Source of the DNA: a virus
Direction: 5' to 3' (one strand)
Virus record (IMG/VR): IMGVR_UViG_3300047168_000120
Location: 31,521 to 95,520 of that record
Length of the DNA: 64,000 nucleotides
Positions 36,631-47,215 of the stretch are shown here, piece by piece. The notes beneath the pieces were generated by a model. That model searched no databases and had not been told where the DNA came from. It worked only from the letters and a program-made list of their open reading frames with translations. Position numbers and translations under genes: made by a program. Positions within the stretch are counted from its first letter, which is position 1, and the number at the start of each line of letters is the position of its first letter.

Positions 36631-36968
36631 ACAAAGTGGATTCTTTCCCCCAACCCCTCGCGGACCCCAGGCTTGAGGCGGCGGCGCAGATATTGAACAA
36701 ATCTATGCTTTCCACTGATGACATTGAATATTGCCAAATGTTAGTTGAAGCGGAGCCAACGCATTTTCTCGCCATGCTCGCCGAAGCCCGCAAGCAGACC
36801 GGCGCGGATGAGGTAGAGAAGCGGGCTGATAACTTGCTGGCGGCGATAAATTACGCGCTGAAGCACGAGGCAGATGGTTTGATTTGGCTGCGTGATTGGC
36901 ATAATGGTGAGCCAGACGCTTTGGCGGAATTAGACGCCGCGCTCGCCAAGTATGAGGGGGTGGGGTGA
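36627..36968 (+). CDS. Hypothetical protein
   Basis: Coupled ORF. Confidence 0.6.
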   Translation: MNKVDSFPQPLADPRLEAAAQILNKSMLSTDDIEYCQMLVEAEPTHFLAMLAEARKQTGADEVEKRADNLLAAINYALKHEADGLIWLRDWHNGEPDALAELDAALAKYEGVG

Positions 36969-37122
36969 TGCGATTTGTCCGCTACTGGTGCCCGCATCAA
37001 CACGAATGGGTCTCTTATTCAGGAAGATGGAACTGCCCTAAATGCGGCAGACTTTATGATAGCATGTCATCAACAACTTTAAAGTCCCTTATAAAAAGGG
37101 CCTTTTCAAGAAAGAAATCTAA

Positions 37123-38073
37123 ATGACCCCCACCCCGCCGCGCTTCCCCGATGAGGTGCATAAAGATGCCTGGCGAAAAATTGGTACTCGGGAGGTCACA
37201 TATTTCGATGCTTTTCTAGGTAATCAAGCTCGCGTCTACAACTCCGCCCTCGCTGCCGCAGTGGCCGAGCGGGATATGGAGATTGAGCGCCTGGTCCGCG
37301 AGGTTAACGCGCTGATCGGGGAGAATGGTGATTTGCGACTGCAAGCCGGGACATGGACCGAAGGCTGGAAAGCCGGGCGGGATGCGGCGCAGTTAATTGC
37401 ACAAGATACAGCCAATGAAGCTGAAGGCGCTGAGTATTATATAGCGGTCAAAATAGCCCAGGATATCCACGCCCTCACCCCACCCGCCGAACCCGCGGCG
37501 CAGAAAGATTTCGTTAGCTTGTCATGCGGCGGCGAAACTTGTTCTTTATGCGGAAAACCGGCCACTAAAAAGGTGGGAGAGGAAATCCTGTCAGATGACC
37601 CGCATCCTGCGCGCCATAACATGACAGCCTATGTTTGCGCTGAGCATTTCCAGATGATATTTTCGCCTGCTGAATATCGCCGCGTTCATCGCGAAGTTCA
37701 TTCCCAGCCTACAGAACCCCAAACCCCGCCCAGCCACGGCATGAGCGATGAGGAGATTGGGGAGTACATTCTTGGTTATACGTCCGCCATGGTAAGCATC
37801 GGTGACAAGAGAGCCGCAGGCAAAGCCGCCCGCGAACTCCTTCAGCCCGCCGCGTTGAGCGTGCCGGTGTTTACGGGGGAGTGGCTGCGCGAAACCAAAA
37901 AAGGCGCGGACTGGCAAGAAGCTGCCACCGCCATCAACACGCGCCTCGCGCAGGCCGGCTTTGCGCCCGCACCGGAAAAGCTGACCGAGGCGCAGGAGGA
38001 AGAACACTGGAAATGGCTCGCCGGAATGGCTGCGCAGCGTCTTGCCCTCATCGCGAAGGAGGAAGGGAAGTGA
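37123..38073 (+). CDS. Hypothetical mosaic phage protein
   Basis: 316-aa ORF with an internal CSLC...C.EH motif. Confidence 0.65.
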   Translation: MTPTPPRFPDEVHKDAWRKIGTREVTYFDAFLGNQARVYNSALAAAVAERDMEIERLVREVNALIGENGDLRLQAGTWTEGWKAGRDAAQLIAQDTANEAEGAEYYIAVKIAQDIHALTPPAEPAAQKDFVSLSCGGETCSLCGKPATKKVGEEILSDDPHPARHNMTAYVCAEHFQMIFSPAEYRRVHREVHSQPTEPQTPPSHGMSDEEIGEYILGYTSAMVSIGDKRAAGKAARELLQPAALSVPVFTGEWLRETKKGADWQEAATAINTRLAQAGFAPAPEKLTEAQEEEHWKWLAGMAAQRLALIAKEEGK

Positions 38074-38127
38074 GCGACACCGACCTTGTTCCATTTGGTT
38101 CTTTTTTTCAAAAAAGCAGCAGCCCAA

Positions 38128-39435
38128 TCAATACCGATACAGCTCGTGCTTGAACGGCCCATTCTGATTCAATCCCAGATAATCCGCTTGCTTCTTGGAC
38201 AAAGTCGTTAGCTTCGCCCCCACTTTGGCCAGGTGCAAAGCCGCCACTTTCTCATCCAAATGCCGCGGCAGCACGTACACCTTATTCTCATATTTGCCCT
38301 TGGGCGCAGTCCACAGCTCAATCTGCGCCAGCACCTGGTTGGTAAAGCTCGCACTCATCACAAAGCTCGGATGCCCCGTCGCATTCCCCAAATTCACCAG
38401 CCTGCCTTCCGACAGAACAATCAGCTTCTTGCCGTCCGGAAACTCCACCTCATCCACCTGCGGCTTCACATTGTCCCACTTCAAATTCCGCAGGCTCTCA
38501 ATCTGAATCTCGCTGTCGAAATGCCCGATATTGCAGACAATCGCGCGGTGCTTCATCGCCCGCATATGGTCGATGGTGATCACATCCACATTGCCGGTCG
38601 CGGTGACGAAAATATCGCCGCGCGTCGCGGCCTCTTCCATCGTCACGACCTCATAGCCTTCCATCGCCGCCTGTAATGCGCAGATCGGGTCCACCTCGGT
38701 CACCAGTACCCGGCAGCCGGCATTGCGCAGCGAGGCGGATGACCCCTTGCCCACATCGCCGAACCCGGCCACCACCGCCACCTTGCCGGACATCATCACA
38801 TCCGTGCCACGGCGAATGCCATCCACCAGGCTCTCCCGGCAGCCATACAGATTATCAAACTTGGATTTTGTGACGGAATCATTCACGTTGATCGCGGGGA
38901 CCAGCAATGTCCCGGCCTTTGCCATTTCCCACAGACGATGCACACCGGTGGTGGTTTCCTCGGAAATGCCGCGCACATCCTTTAGCATCTCCGGGTATTT
39001 TTCATGCACCAGCTTGGTAACATCTCCGCCATCATCCAGGATCATATTCGGCGTCCAGCCATCCGGCCCGCGCAGAGTCTGCTCAATGCACCACCAGAAT
39101 TCCTCCTCGCTCATGCCCTTCCAGGCAAAAACCGGCACGCCGGCGGCGGCCACCGCGGCGGCCGCCTGGTCCTGCGTCGAGAAAATATTGCAGGAGGACC
39201 AGCGCACGGACGCGCCCAGCGCGGTCAGCGTCTCGATCAGCACGGCGGTCTGAATGGTCATATGCAGGGAGCCGACGATGCGGGCACCCTTCAAAATCTG
39301 GTCCTTGCCGAATTCTTCCCGCAGCGCCATCAGGCCGGGCATCTCGTCCTCGGCCATCGCGATTTCCTTGCGGCCCCAGGCCGCCAGCGACATGTCGCGT
39401 ACTTTGTAATCGGTCACCTGGTTGACGTCCGGCAT
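38128..39435 (-). CDS. ahcY: Adenosylhomocysteinase (SAH hydrolase)
   Basis: [67 protein letters not shown]-terminal YRY. Confidence 0.97.
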   Translation of the reverse strand: MPDVNQVTDYKVRDMSLAAWGRKEIAMAEDEMPGLMALREEFGKDQILKGARIVGSLHMTIQTAVLIETLTALGASVRWSSCNIFSTQDQAAAAVAAAGVPVFAWKGMSEEEFWWCIEQTLRGPDGWTPNMILDDGGDVTKLVHEKYPEMLKDVRGISEETTTGVHRLWEMAKAGTLLVPAINVNDSVTKSKFDNLYGCRESLVDGIRRGTDVMMSGKVAVVAGFGDVGKGSSASLRNAGCRVLVTEVDPICALQAAMEGYEVVTMEEAATRGDIFVTATGNVDVITIDHMRAMKHRAIVCNIGHFDSEIQIESLRNLKWDNVKPQVDEVEFPDGKKLIVLSEGRLVNLGNATGHPSFVMSASFTNQVLAQIELWTAPKGKYENKVYVLPRHLDEKVAALHLAKVGAKLTTLSKKQADYLGLNQNGPFKHELYRY

Positions 39436-39543
39436 GGCAATCCCTCAAAAGTCACATAAAAATATGGCTTTCATATGGGGTTAGGGGCCAGGAGACAACC
39501 GGCGGGGGCAAGAAGGCGGCAAGAAGCGCCTCCGATCCGGAGT

Positions 39544-39927
39544 TTAGAGGCGATTTTCGCCTGGCGCCGGCACATCCCGCTCACAGATCCCGCATACCCA
39601 GCCGCGCGGCCCGAAATCGAACCGGGGAGCGTTCCAGCCGCAGTGTGGGCAGAGCATGGGGACTGACTGGCGCAGCTCCGTCTCGCCCCGGCCGAGCGCC
39701 GCAGCTGCGGCCAGCTCTGCAATCTGGTTGCACCGCTCCAGCAGGACTTGGACTTGGCGATCACTCTTTGCCCAGAGCGCTTTCAGCGTCGGCGTAGCCG
39801 CGGCTTCAACGGCGTCGTGATCGACGCGGAAATGCGGCGGGCGCTGCGTCCGATAATTCCGAATCTTGCCCGTCCCGCCGCATTTCGGACAGGTGTTACC
39901 GTCCTCGTCCCGCATCAGGTATCGCAT
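39544..39927 (-). CDS. Zinc-finger hypothetical protein
   Basis: CPKCGG...CPHCG...CGIC. Confidence 0.6.
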   Translation of the reverse strand: MRYLMRDEDGNTCPKCGGTGKIRNYRTQRPPHFRVDHDAVEAAATPTLKALWAKSDRQVQVLLERCNQIAELAAAAALGRGETELRQSVPMLCPHCGWNAPRFDFGPRGWVCGICERDVPAPGENRL

Positions 39928-39928
39928 A

Positions 39929-40429
39929 TTAAGCCGCCTCCTCTGAAGCGCTGGGCGCCTCGCCGACCAGCACTTTTGCCACCCAGCCGCAAACGCGGCC
40001 GACCGAAACGCCCCGAGCGCCATCCCATTGGCCGGCATATCTCGGCTCCATCACGCCTGGCGCCGTGTGGAAGCTGACCTGGCCGGTTGGAAGGTCGATG
40101 TATAGCACTGCGCTGTGCATGCCTTCTTTTGGGTCTACGCCCCAGCCCCACTGGATGCCGCAACCGGCCGCGTGCGCCGCCAGCGCCTTTGTCAGGTTCT
40201 CGATGGCCCACTGCTTCCTGCCGTACGCCATGCTCTTGTAGCTGCCCTTCCCCGGGATTCCGCCGCGGTACTTCTTCGCACGGGCCGAATTCTTCTGGGC
40301 ACGAAAGACGTTCATGGCGATCTCGCCGGCGGGGCCGAGCTTCGCCAGGCGGTTATACAGCGCCATCGTCGCGTCGCCGTCCGATCCCTCGTAGACCTTG
40401 ACGACGCTGGCAAGGATATCGGCGCTCAC
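39929..40429 (-). CDS. Hypothetical phage protein
   Basis: LYIDLPTGQVSFH motif; coupled ORF. Confidence 0.7.
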   Translation of the reverse strand: MSADILASVVKVYEGSDGDATMALYNRLAKLGPAGEIAMNVFRAQKNSARAKKYRGGIPGKGSYKSMAYGRKQWAIENLTKALAAHAAGCGIQWGWGVDPKEGMHSAVLYIDLPTGQVSFHTAPGVMEPRYAGQWDGARGVSVGRVCGWVAKVLVGEAPSASEEAA

Positions 40430-40710
40430 GCCGCACCGCCGGGAAAGCTGCGCGCCATCTGTTCCGCCACCAAGTCCAAATTGTTGTCGGCCGTGCGCTT
40501 CAGATCGGGCAGCAGACGGTCCAGCAGATCGTGGGCGTCGTCTCGTTTGCTCTTAGTGAGCATGACAACCGTGACCGCCAGACAATCGCAGATGGCCTGC
40601 AAGGCCGGCAGCGCGTTATGGCCCGCGAGAACCATCTGAAGGTCGTTGTATATCTCAGTGCGCTGCGCGATGTTCGCCTGGCGATCTTCTTCAGTCCATT
40701 CAAATTTCAT
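40426..40710 (-). CDS. Hypothetical protein
   Basis: AAGGAG RBS. Confidence 0.65.
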   Translation of the reverse strand: MKFEWTEEDRQANIAQRTEIYNDLQMVLAGHNALPALQAICDCLAVTVVMLTKSKRDDAHDLLDRLLPDLKRTADNNLDLVAEQMARSFPGGAA

Positions 40711-41149
40711 TGGGAATCTCCTTTGTTATATCGGCTTCCACGCACGCTCTGGTGTCCCGTGGGGGCGCAGGAACGTGCATAGCGCAGAGCGTATCGCTGC
40801 CAGCGCGATAGCTCTTGCAGAGCGCAGGCCTGTTCTCGTAATCGCCGCATCGGCCGGTCTTGATATCCAGCACGGGACACCAAAAACGCCAGACGCCCAT
40901 TGGCCGTTTGTAAAGCGGCATGAATGGTAATCCAATGAGCAAGTCATCCACATCTTCCCATAGCCGCCTATCGTGCTGACTAAAACGAGTTGGCTGTTCC
41001 GCATAAAACCCGGTGACGATTGTGGCCATAATAGCCATTACTTCCAGAGCAGTTTCGCACCGGTCCAGCGCCCCAAAACTCAGGTCAAACCCAAAGCAGC
41101 ACTTACCTGGCAGCTTGCAGTTGTCGCAAAGAATGCTGGAGCAGCTCAC
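40700..41149 (-). CDS. YkgJ-like cysteine-cluster protein
   Basis: CxxC...GKCC...CPVL...GRCGDYENRPALC; GTG start overlaps the upstream stop. Confidence 0.7.
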   Translation of the reverse strand: MSCSSILCDNCKLPGKCCFGFDLSFGALDRCETALEVMAIMATIVTGFYAEQPTRFSQHDRRLWEDVDDLLIGLPFMPLYKRPMGVWRFWCPVLDIKTGRCGDYENRPALCKSYRAGSDTLCAMHVPAPPRDTRACVEADITKEIPNEI

Positions 41150-42864
41150 TGGAAAAACTCTGCCAGCCGGATTTTTCGACCAGACACTTCGACCAGCTCG
41201 TTCGCTTTCAGATTGGAGATCCCCGAGTTCCAATGCCCACCGCTCGGCTTACGGCTGAGATAGGCAGCCAGATCGTCAAACGAGGTGTATTCGTGCCGCT
41301 CGGCCACAGCGCAATCGTACAGCGCCTGCAGCATTTCTGGTGCTGGCGCCGGCAACGCTTCGCACCAGAGTGCAATCTGCTGTTCTGGTGAAAGAGGCGA
41401 CACCGGGCCACCGCCCTTCTTTGCCAGGCCGGCGTCGCTCAAACAGATGCGCTCGTTCTGCTCGGTAATAAGTCCACTATCGCGCAGGACCTTTCTCGCT
41501 GCGTTGAAATGGCCGCCGCGGGCCTTCAGGCCGGTCAGCTGCGCGACCTGGCCCCAGGTCATTTTTGAAGGATGATGTCGCGCGAGGGTCGTGAACAGCT
41601 TATCAGCCGCGTTGCCCGCGCTACCCTTATTGCTGAGGTCGGTAATATGATCCCCGGCAGGCAATGGGTTGGGCTTCGGCGAGACCGAAATCACCTGACC
41701 TGCGCGCAAGCGGGGCTGCACCTTCTCGGTTTTAACCGCTTTATTGACGGCAGCATCCCATGCCTCAGAAAACTCCCGCTGCTGCTCGACCGTTATGTCG
41801 GGCGGCATGACGAAACCTTCGAAAATCTGGGTCAAGTATGGCGCCAGCAGCAAGCCGACTTGCTCGATGACCTTGTGCAGGTCAGCCAGCTCAGCCGCCA
41901 TCGTGCTGTACTGGGCCTCCAACAGCGCGCTTTTGGCTATTGCAGCCTGCAGGGCTTTTCCATCACTGGATTTTGCGCCGACCTCCTTCAGAACGCCCTC
42001 CGAAGCGAGCGCCCATTTGATTGCGCTCACGTCGATCGGCGGCAGCTCCACGCCTTCGACGCGCTCTCCCCGCTTCGGCGTCCGGGAGCTATCGTATGTT
42101 CGGATCTGCGGGAACGATACCAGCCTCAAAATCTTGCGCGCCGGCGCCCAAACATATCCAACCCCTGGTTCCAGGGTCGGCAGATCTGCCAGGATGGCTT
42201 TTCCCGTCACCTTATCAGCCTGGCCTTCTATCCAACCGCCGACCGCCGCCCGATCCTGGCTGCTGGTCAATCCCATCGCGATCAGGATGGTGGCCTGGCT
42301 CAGCACGTCCTTATGGATGACGGCGGGGCGCTGGCTGATCAGCCAGGGAATAAAGCCCCTCACCCGGCCGCGCCGAACGATCTCATCGATGCGGTTCAGC
42401 AGCACAGTTTGATCCGGCATGGGGCGCTGAGGAACCCAGAGATCTGCCTCGTCCAGAATCAGGTGCAGCGGTTCGGTATTCAGCTCGTACACGGTCTCGG
42501 CAAAAGCTGTCATAAACCGGCGCCGCGCCGCATTCGAGGAAAGGCCCGAAAGATCGATCACGCATCGAAAATCTCGCGTGGCGACGAGTTTTGCGACCGC
42601 CGCGCCCATTCCATCTGTGATGTCTACGTCGCCATGCGCGCCGCCAAAAACGGTTAGGGGAAATCCGGGCGATACACGGTCAGCGCCCAGACGTAAGCCC
42701 CACCAGACCCCAAGAGGGTCAACGATCGCCACCCGCATATTCGCGTCCAGCAGGCGCTCCACAAACCCCTTGGCCGCATAGGTCTTTCCCTTCCCTGTCG
42801 TGCCCACGATCGCGATACGATCATCCAGCATTTCATCGGTCAGGATTGGGCCGGAATCGGTCAT
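41146..42864 (-). CDS. HerA/DUF87-like P-loop ATPase
   Basis: GTTGKGKT, IVDPLG, LILDEAD, RRGRVRG, SQRPA. Confidence 0.85.
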   Translation of the reverse strand: MTDSGPILTDEMLDDRIAIVGTTGKGKTYAAKGFVERLLDANMRVAIVDPLGVWWGLRLGADRVSPGFPLTVFGGAHGDVDITDGMGAAVAKLVATRDFRCVIDLSGLSSNAARRRFMTAFAETVYELNTEPLHLILDEADLWVPQRPMPDQTVLLNRIDEIVRRGRVRGFIPWLISQRPAVIHKDVLSQATILIAMGLTSSQDRAAVGGWIEGQADKVTGKAILADLPTLEPGVGYVWAPARKILRLVSFPQIRTYDSSRTPKRGERVEGVELPPIDVSAIKWALASEGVLKEVGAKSSDGKALQAAIAKSALLEAQYSTMAAELADLHKVIEQVGLLLAPYLTQIFEGFVMPPDITVEQQREFSEAWDAAVNKAVKTEKVQPRLRAGQVISVSPKPNPLPAGDHITDLSNKGSAGNAADKLFTTLARHHPSKMTWGQVAQLTGLKARGGHFNAARKVLRDSGLITEQNERICLSDAGLAKKGGGPVSPLSPEQQIALWCEALPAPAPEMLQALYDCAVAERHEYTSFDDLAAYLSRKPSGGHWNSGISNLKANELVEVSGRKIRLAEFFQ

Positions 42865-43454
42865 GGCAACGTCTCTTTCCCTTGGAATTTTCCAACCTCA
42901 TTGCCCCAGCTCAGCCAGCCAGGCGCGGTTTCGCGGGCGAACAGTTCGACACGGGGCCCGAGCCACAGCTTTTCGAGATCCGCGCGCATTTCGTCCGGTT
43001 TGCGGCTGTGCTCCCGCGCCGGCGCGATGATCGCGTTGCGGATAGACCGGCTCTGGCGCTTCGGCGCGCCGATGGTTCCGACGAGCGCAAATTCACTGGC
43101 AGCCCGGTAAATATAGCCGGGGCCGAATGCCATCTTCCCGTTCTTGCTCTGCTTGGTCCATGGCAGGCCGGTTTTGTATTCGAAGCCCCATGCCGCAAGC
43201 AGTCGCAGCCCGGCGGGCAGCATCGGCCAGGTACACCACATCGTCAGAGCACAACCATCAGGATCGGCGAGCTCGCGCACCGGCAGCGCCGCGATATCCT
43301 CCAGTTTCATACAGGCATAGTGCTGAACGGGGTTTTTCTTTTCGCCTTTGGCTGAGTAATTTTTGAAATACCAAGGCGGATCGGCCAAAATGCATCGAGC
43401 TTGCCTGGGCGGAATGTCCCCGAAAGGCCATGCAGAGAATAGGTCTGACGCCAT
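42861..43454 (-). CDS. MT-A70 family adenine methyltransferase
   Basis: DPPWYF, HSRKPD, ELFAR...GW.SWGNE. Confidence 0.9.
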   Translation of the reverse strand: MASDLFSAWPFGDIPPRQARCILADPPWYFKNYSAKGEKKNPVQHYACMKLEDIAALPVRELADPDGCALTMWCTWPMLPAGLRLLAAWGFEYKTGLPWTKQSKNGKMAFGPGYIYRAASEFALVGTIGAPKRQSRSIRNAIIAPAREHSRKPDEMRADLEKLWLGPRVELFARETAPGWLSWGNEVGKFQGKETLP

Positions 43455-43565
43455 AAAAACACACAGTAATGTGTTTTTATCAGGCTTTCAATGTGCAATG
43501 ATGTTCATTGATGTACATTGGTGAACATTTCCGGATAAATATGGCATTTAAATGCCATTCTTCCC

Positions 43566-44789
43566 CTACGCGGCGTTGATGTCGCGTGCCTTAAGGTCAC
43601 TTTGGTCCAGGTCACTAAGATTTATTGAAAGCCGGAACCTAGGTAGCCCATTCAGGTCTCTGTAACGATTGGCAGCTTTCAATAATTGCTCATCGTCGGG
43701 AAAGCTCCCTGGATTGCCGCCTGCACGGCGCAGCCAAACCCGGATATCCACAGCGGTCGCCGGCACGAAATGCTCCGGGTCGAGCAATGCCGTTACGCCA
43801 GGCTGCATGATCTCATGCTGGCCGCGGCGCCCCTGCAGGGACTGGACGCCCTTCTTCTGCCGCGTTTTCTTCTGCTGCATTTGCGCCTTGGCTTTCCGTC
43901 TGACCATACGCGGACCACCAACATCTGAGTCGAGCGTCCTACGCTGCGCCGGAAGATGCCGGCGTTGGGTCGTCAGATCATCCTCCGCCTGCGCCTCCGT
44001 GATATTGGTGGCAATTCCACGGCCAACCTTACCATGAGCAATAAAGGCGACTGGCTTCGTGCCGGTCCAGCAAAAACCGCAGCTGCCGCAGCAGTCCGTC
44101 TTTTCGGTCTGAGCCGGGCAGACCACGGCGCCGTCGGCCGTCGGGCCATCGGGAATACTCCAAAGCGCAGTGGCGTACCGGACGCCCGGCACCGCGCCGG
44201 CGACAGCGCGCGAGAACCGGATCACACACCGGTCCGGGTGCGCCGCGTTCATGGCGCGGATCAGCAGCCCGATATCCGATGACTCATCCCGCGCCGTGAA
44301 TCCGAAAACCCGCAGCTCGGGATATTTCTCCAGCCACCTGGCCCACAGCGCGGCATAAGCGGCATCGTAGAAATCGCCCAGGATGTGCAGCCGCACGACG
44401 AACCCAAATGGATACGCTTCTGCCTTCTCGGCCAGCTCGGCGTCCAGAAGATATTCAAGCGCCGCGCCGTGCCGGTGGCGCCGCGACTGAGGCATCCCGT
44501 TGCCATAACAGGAGCGCCAGTGATGGCACTCAGGCGGACACGTCGCCCGCTCCTCCAGGGTCAAGCAGAAGATGGGCATATCCTTCCAGTGGCCCTTCGT
44601 CACCCGATCTCCGAGCTTCCTCTGGTTCTTGCCGGAGATCAGCAGCCGCGGTGCGTCTTGCGGGTTTACTACCGTCGTCGGGAAAAGCGTTCTGGATTCC
44701 TGAATCGCTGGATGTGTTGGGCTGAGCCCGATGCCGGCCTGCGGGGCGGCGGCATGCTTATTCTCGAAGCGTCTGATAATTTTAGGCAT
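43566..44789 (-). CDS. GP88-like Cys-cluster protein
   Basis: TCPPECHHWRSCY, VRLHILGDFY, CPAQ...CGSCGFCW. Confidence 0.7.
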   Translation of the reverse strand: MPKIIRRFENKHAAAPQAGIGLSPTHPAIQESRTLFPTTVVNPQDAPRLLISGKNQRKLGDRVTKGHWKDMPIFCLTLEERATCPPECHHWRSCYGNGMPQSRRHRHGAALEYLLDAELAEKAEAYPFGFVVRLHILGDFYDAAYAALWARWLEKYPELRVFGFTARDESSDIGLLIRAMNAAHPDRCVIRFSRAVAGAVPGVRYATALWSIPDGPTADGAVVCPAQTEKTDCCGSCGFCWTGTKPVAFIAHGKVGRGIATNITEAQAEDDLTTQRRHLPAQRRTLDSDVGGPRMVRRKAKAQMQQKKTRQKKGVQSLQGRRGQHEIMQPGVTALLDPEHFVPATAVDIRVWLRRAGGNPGSFPDDEQLLKAANRYRDLNGLPRFRLSINLSDLDQSDLKARDINAA

Positions 44790-46767
44790 ATGTCTTTCGA
44801 GAATCGCCGCACCTGGGGCAGCTCATCGTCACGCCATTGGCGTCAACCTTCACGGTGCCGGAGCATTTGTGGTTTGGCTCGTCCTTGCGGTCGCAGTGAA
44901 CCGAGTGGAATTTCCGGTACATCTGTGCTTCGTGCGGGGTCGCCGTGAATGGCATCTCGCAGGAGGTAATCGGTTCACCGGTCTTGGTTGTGGCGCGCAG
45001 CTTGCGGCTCATGGCGACAGCTTTTCAGGCCGGCCGAAGCATGCCGGACACGGCTCAGTCGAGAATGCCCAGAACCCAATTCCTGTGGGTAAATTTATGA
45101 ATCCGGTCCCTTTGCATGTTGCGCAGGTCGGTTCTTTGGCTTCGCCGATGGAATCTTGCTTCATCGCCTTGGCGATGGCCGCATAATCATCGGCAACAAA
45201 GTTGCTGGTCATTTCTTCGCTCCCAAGCTTGCGACATAATCCTGCCCAGCCTTCGTCAGGCGCAGATGCTGAATGCGCCGCGGTTCCTTGTTCCTGCGCC
45301 TGTGGGTTGAGAACGGACTGTCCTTGAGAAAGACCTCAACCAGACCATCGCGTTCAAGACGTTCACACGCCCCCGGATTGAATCCTTGGCGCGCCAAATC
45401 ACCGCAAGCCGCAATCTCGCGCAGCATGTCCTTGGCGTAGCCGCTTAGCTGCCGTTCCATTCAAGCCGATTCCTTTTCTTTGTCATCAATCACCCAAACA
45501 GAATGCTTATGCAGGTCGCGCGTAGGACCGATGCTGAAATTAAATCCCCATCGCTGCCGCTCACCAACGGAGGAGGTCGGGCGCCAGCGGAACCCGACAT
45601 ATATGCGGCCAAAGAAATGCCAATATGTGATCCAATTGCACACATTCTTTTCGAGCCATTTGTATTTCTTGTCGTCTTGCCTGATGAATTTCATCTGGCC
45701 GATTCCGCGCCAATCTTCCGTTCCATGCCGACGCTTTCCAGGAGCTCAGCGAGTTGACCAGAGGTATGGTCATACCAAGCATCGCTGATCTCTAACCGGA
45801 CATCACCGGTTTCCGCATTGACCCTTCGGTAAACGGTCATTTTGCAAGAACGGCCACGTACATAATCTAACCGGACCGCACATAACCGGTCTTCGATAAT
45901 AAGTTCCTTGGCTTCCTCTTCGGTGAGGCTACCAGATTCAAAAAGCAGAAATCCCATGCCTTGCGGCTTCGACAATTCGTAGACCCTCTGAACAAACTTT
46001 ACCAAATCGACGCCGGTAATATCAATCATTTATCGTACCCCATTTCTTTCAGCATGCGCGCCACAAGGTTCCAGACATGGAATTGCTTGCGCGGCCACGA
46101 CTCTACGCGGCCATATTTCGAGACAGTCCCCTGATCCAACCGAGCCGTATCCCGGCCGACAAAGGTGACGCCATCATAATGCGACCGAGCCAAGGTTCCT
46201 TGCCCGTCATTCGCAATCCGCATGCGCGCCAACTCTGTGACGCTGCCATCGCGGGCGGAGTGCAACTCGACGCGGACGATAATCATTCAGAAGGAACCGT
46301 CAAAGAGTATTCTTGGGTCCAGTGGACAATCGATTTCCCCGCGATCGTGTCAAACAGAACTTCATGAAACTCACCATCGTTTCGGCGCATCAGGACTTTG
46401 ATTTCCAACCGAGTATTCTTCGGTTGGCCGGATGCTTGATCCGCATCGAAAAAATTGTGAAATTCAAGTTTCATATTGGCTGTAGATTTCGTCATAGCTT
46501 ACACCATCCCCACGTCTTATGTTTACCTTTTCCCAAAACCCTCCATGCGACCAAGTTGTCATTTTGAAGGGACTTCAATATCCGTGAAGCCGCCGCGCCG
46601 GCACCTTGATTTGTCCAAATGGTGCCTGGCCATATTTTTTCCGCCACCGCAGATGCAGGCATAAGCTGGGTTTTTGAAAGTGCGGCTAGAGCACGCTCGC
46701 GGCAGAGCAATAGAGGAACCCGTTCTTGGACTTTCCTCACCATATGCTCAACTCCTATGCTCGCCAC
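44782..46767 (-). CDS. Cluster of 8 small hypothetical ORFs (44782-45012, 45009-45212, 45209-45460, 45461-45694, 45691-46029, 46026-46286, 46283-46495, 46492-46767)
   Basis: Consecutive overlapping or abutting start/stop codons on the minus strand. Confidence 0.7.
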
Positions 46768-46897
46768 AGGAGCAGCAAAACAGGTGATGGTTGAAGTTCC
46801 TGGTCCGGCAATGCTTGCAGTACCAGATCAGCTTTTCGTTGGGTGGTGCTTCTTTATCGCTCATGCCGCAGCGACCTTTTCGACGTAATTCTGAGCA

Positions 46898-47086
46898 TCA
46901 AACCGCTCCCAAAAAGCCTCTTCCCAGCGATTTAGCGCGCGGCCGCGCAGCTCTTCCGTCACCTTCGGCCGTCGCCACCGCCAGCAGGTCAATCCACAAC
47001 CCCCGCGCGGCCAGCGAACAGCCGCGCAACGCCGGATCGCGCATCCAGTCCTGAAACCAGAATTTTATGAATCGGTGTTTGGTCAA
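46898..47086 (-). pseudogene. Remnant of a replication-initiator N-terminus
   Basis: FIKFWFQDWMRDPALRGCSLAARGLWIDLL parallels the 9194 protein's N-terminus; only 62 aa. Confidence 0.65.
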
Positions 47087-47215
47087 GATGGTCTCCGGTG
47101 TTTGGTTTCATGGCTGGATCGCCCGCAGGTAGCAGCGCGTCAGGCTGTCATAGGAGGCCGCAGCAAATGACTTTGAGCAAATATACTGCTGCGCGACCTA
47201 AGATTTTAAGTGGTT

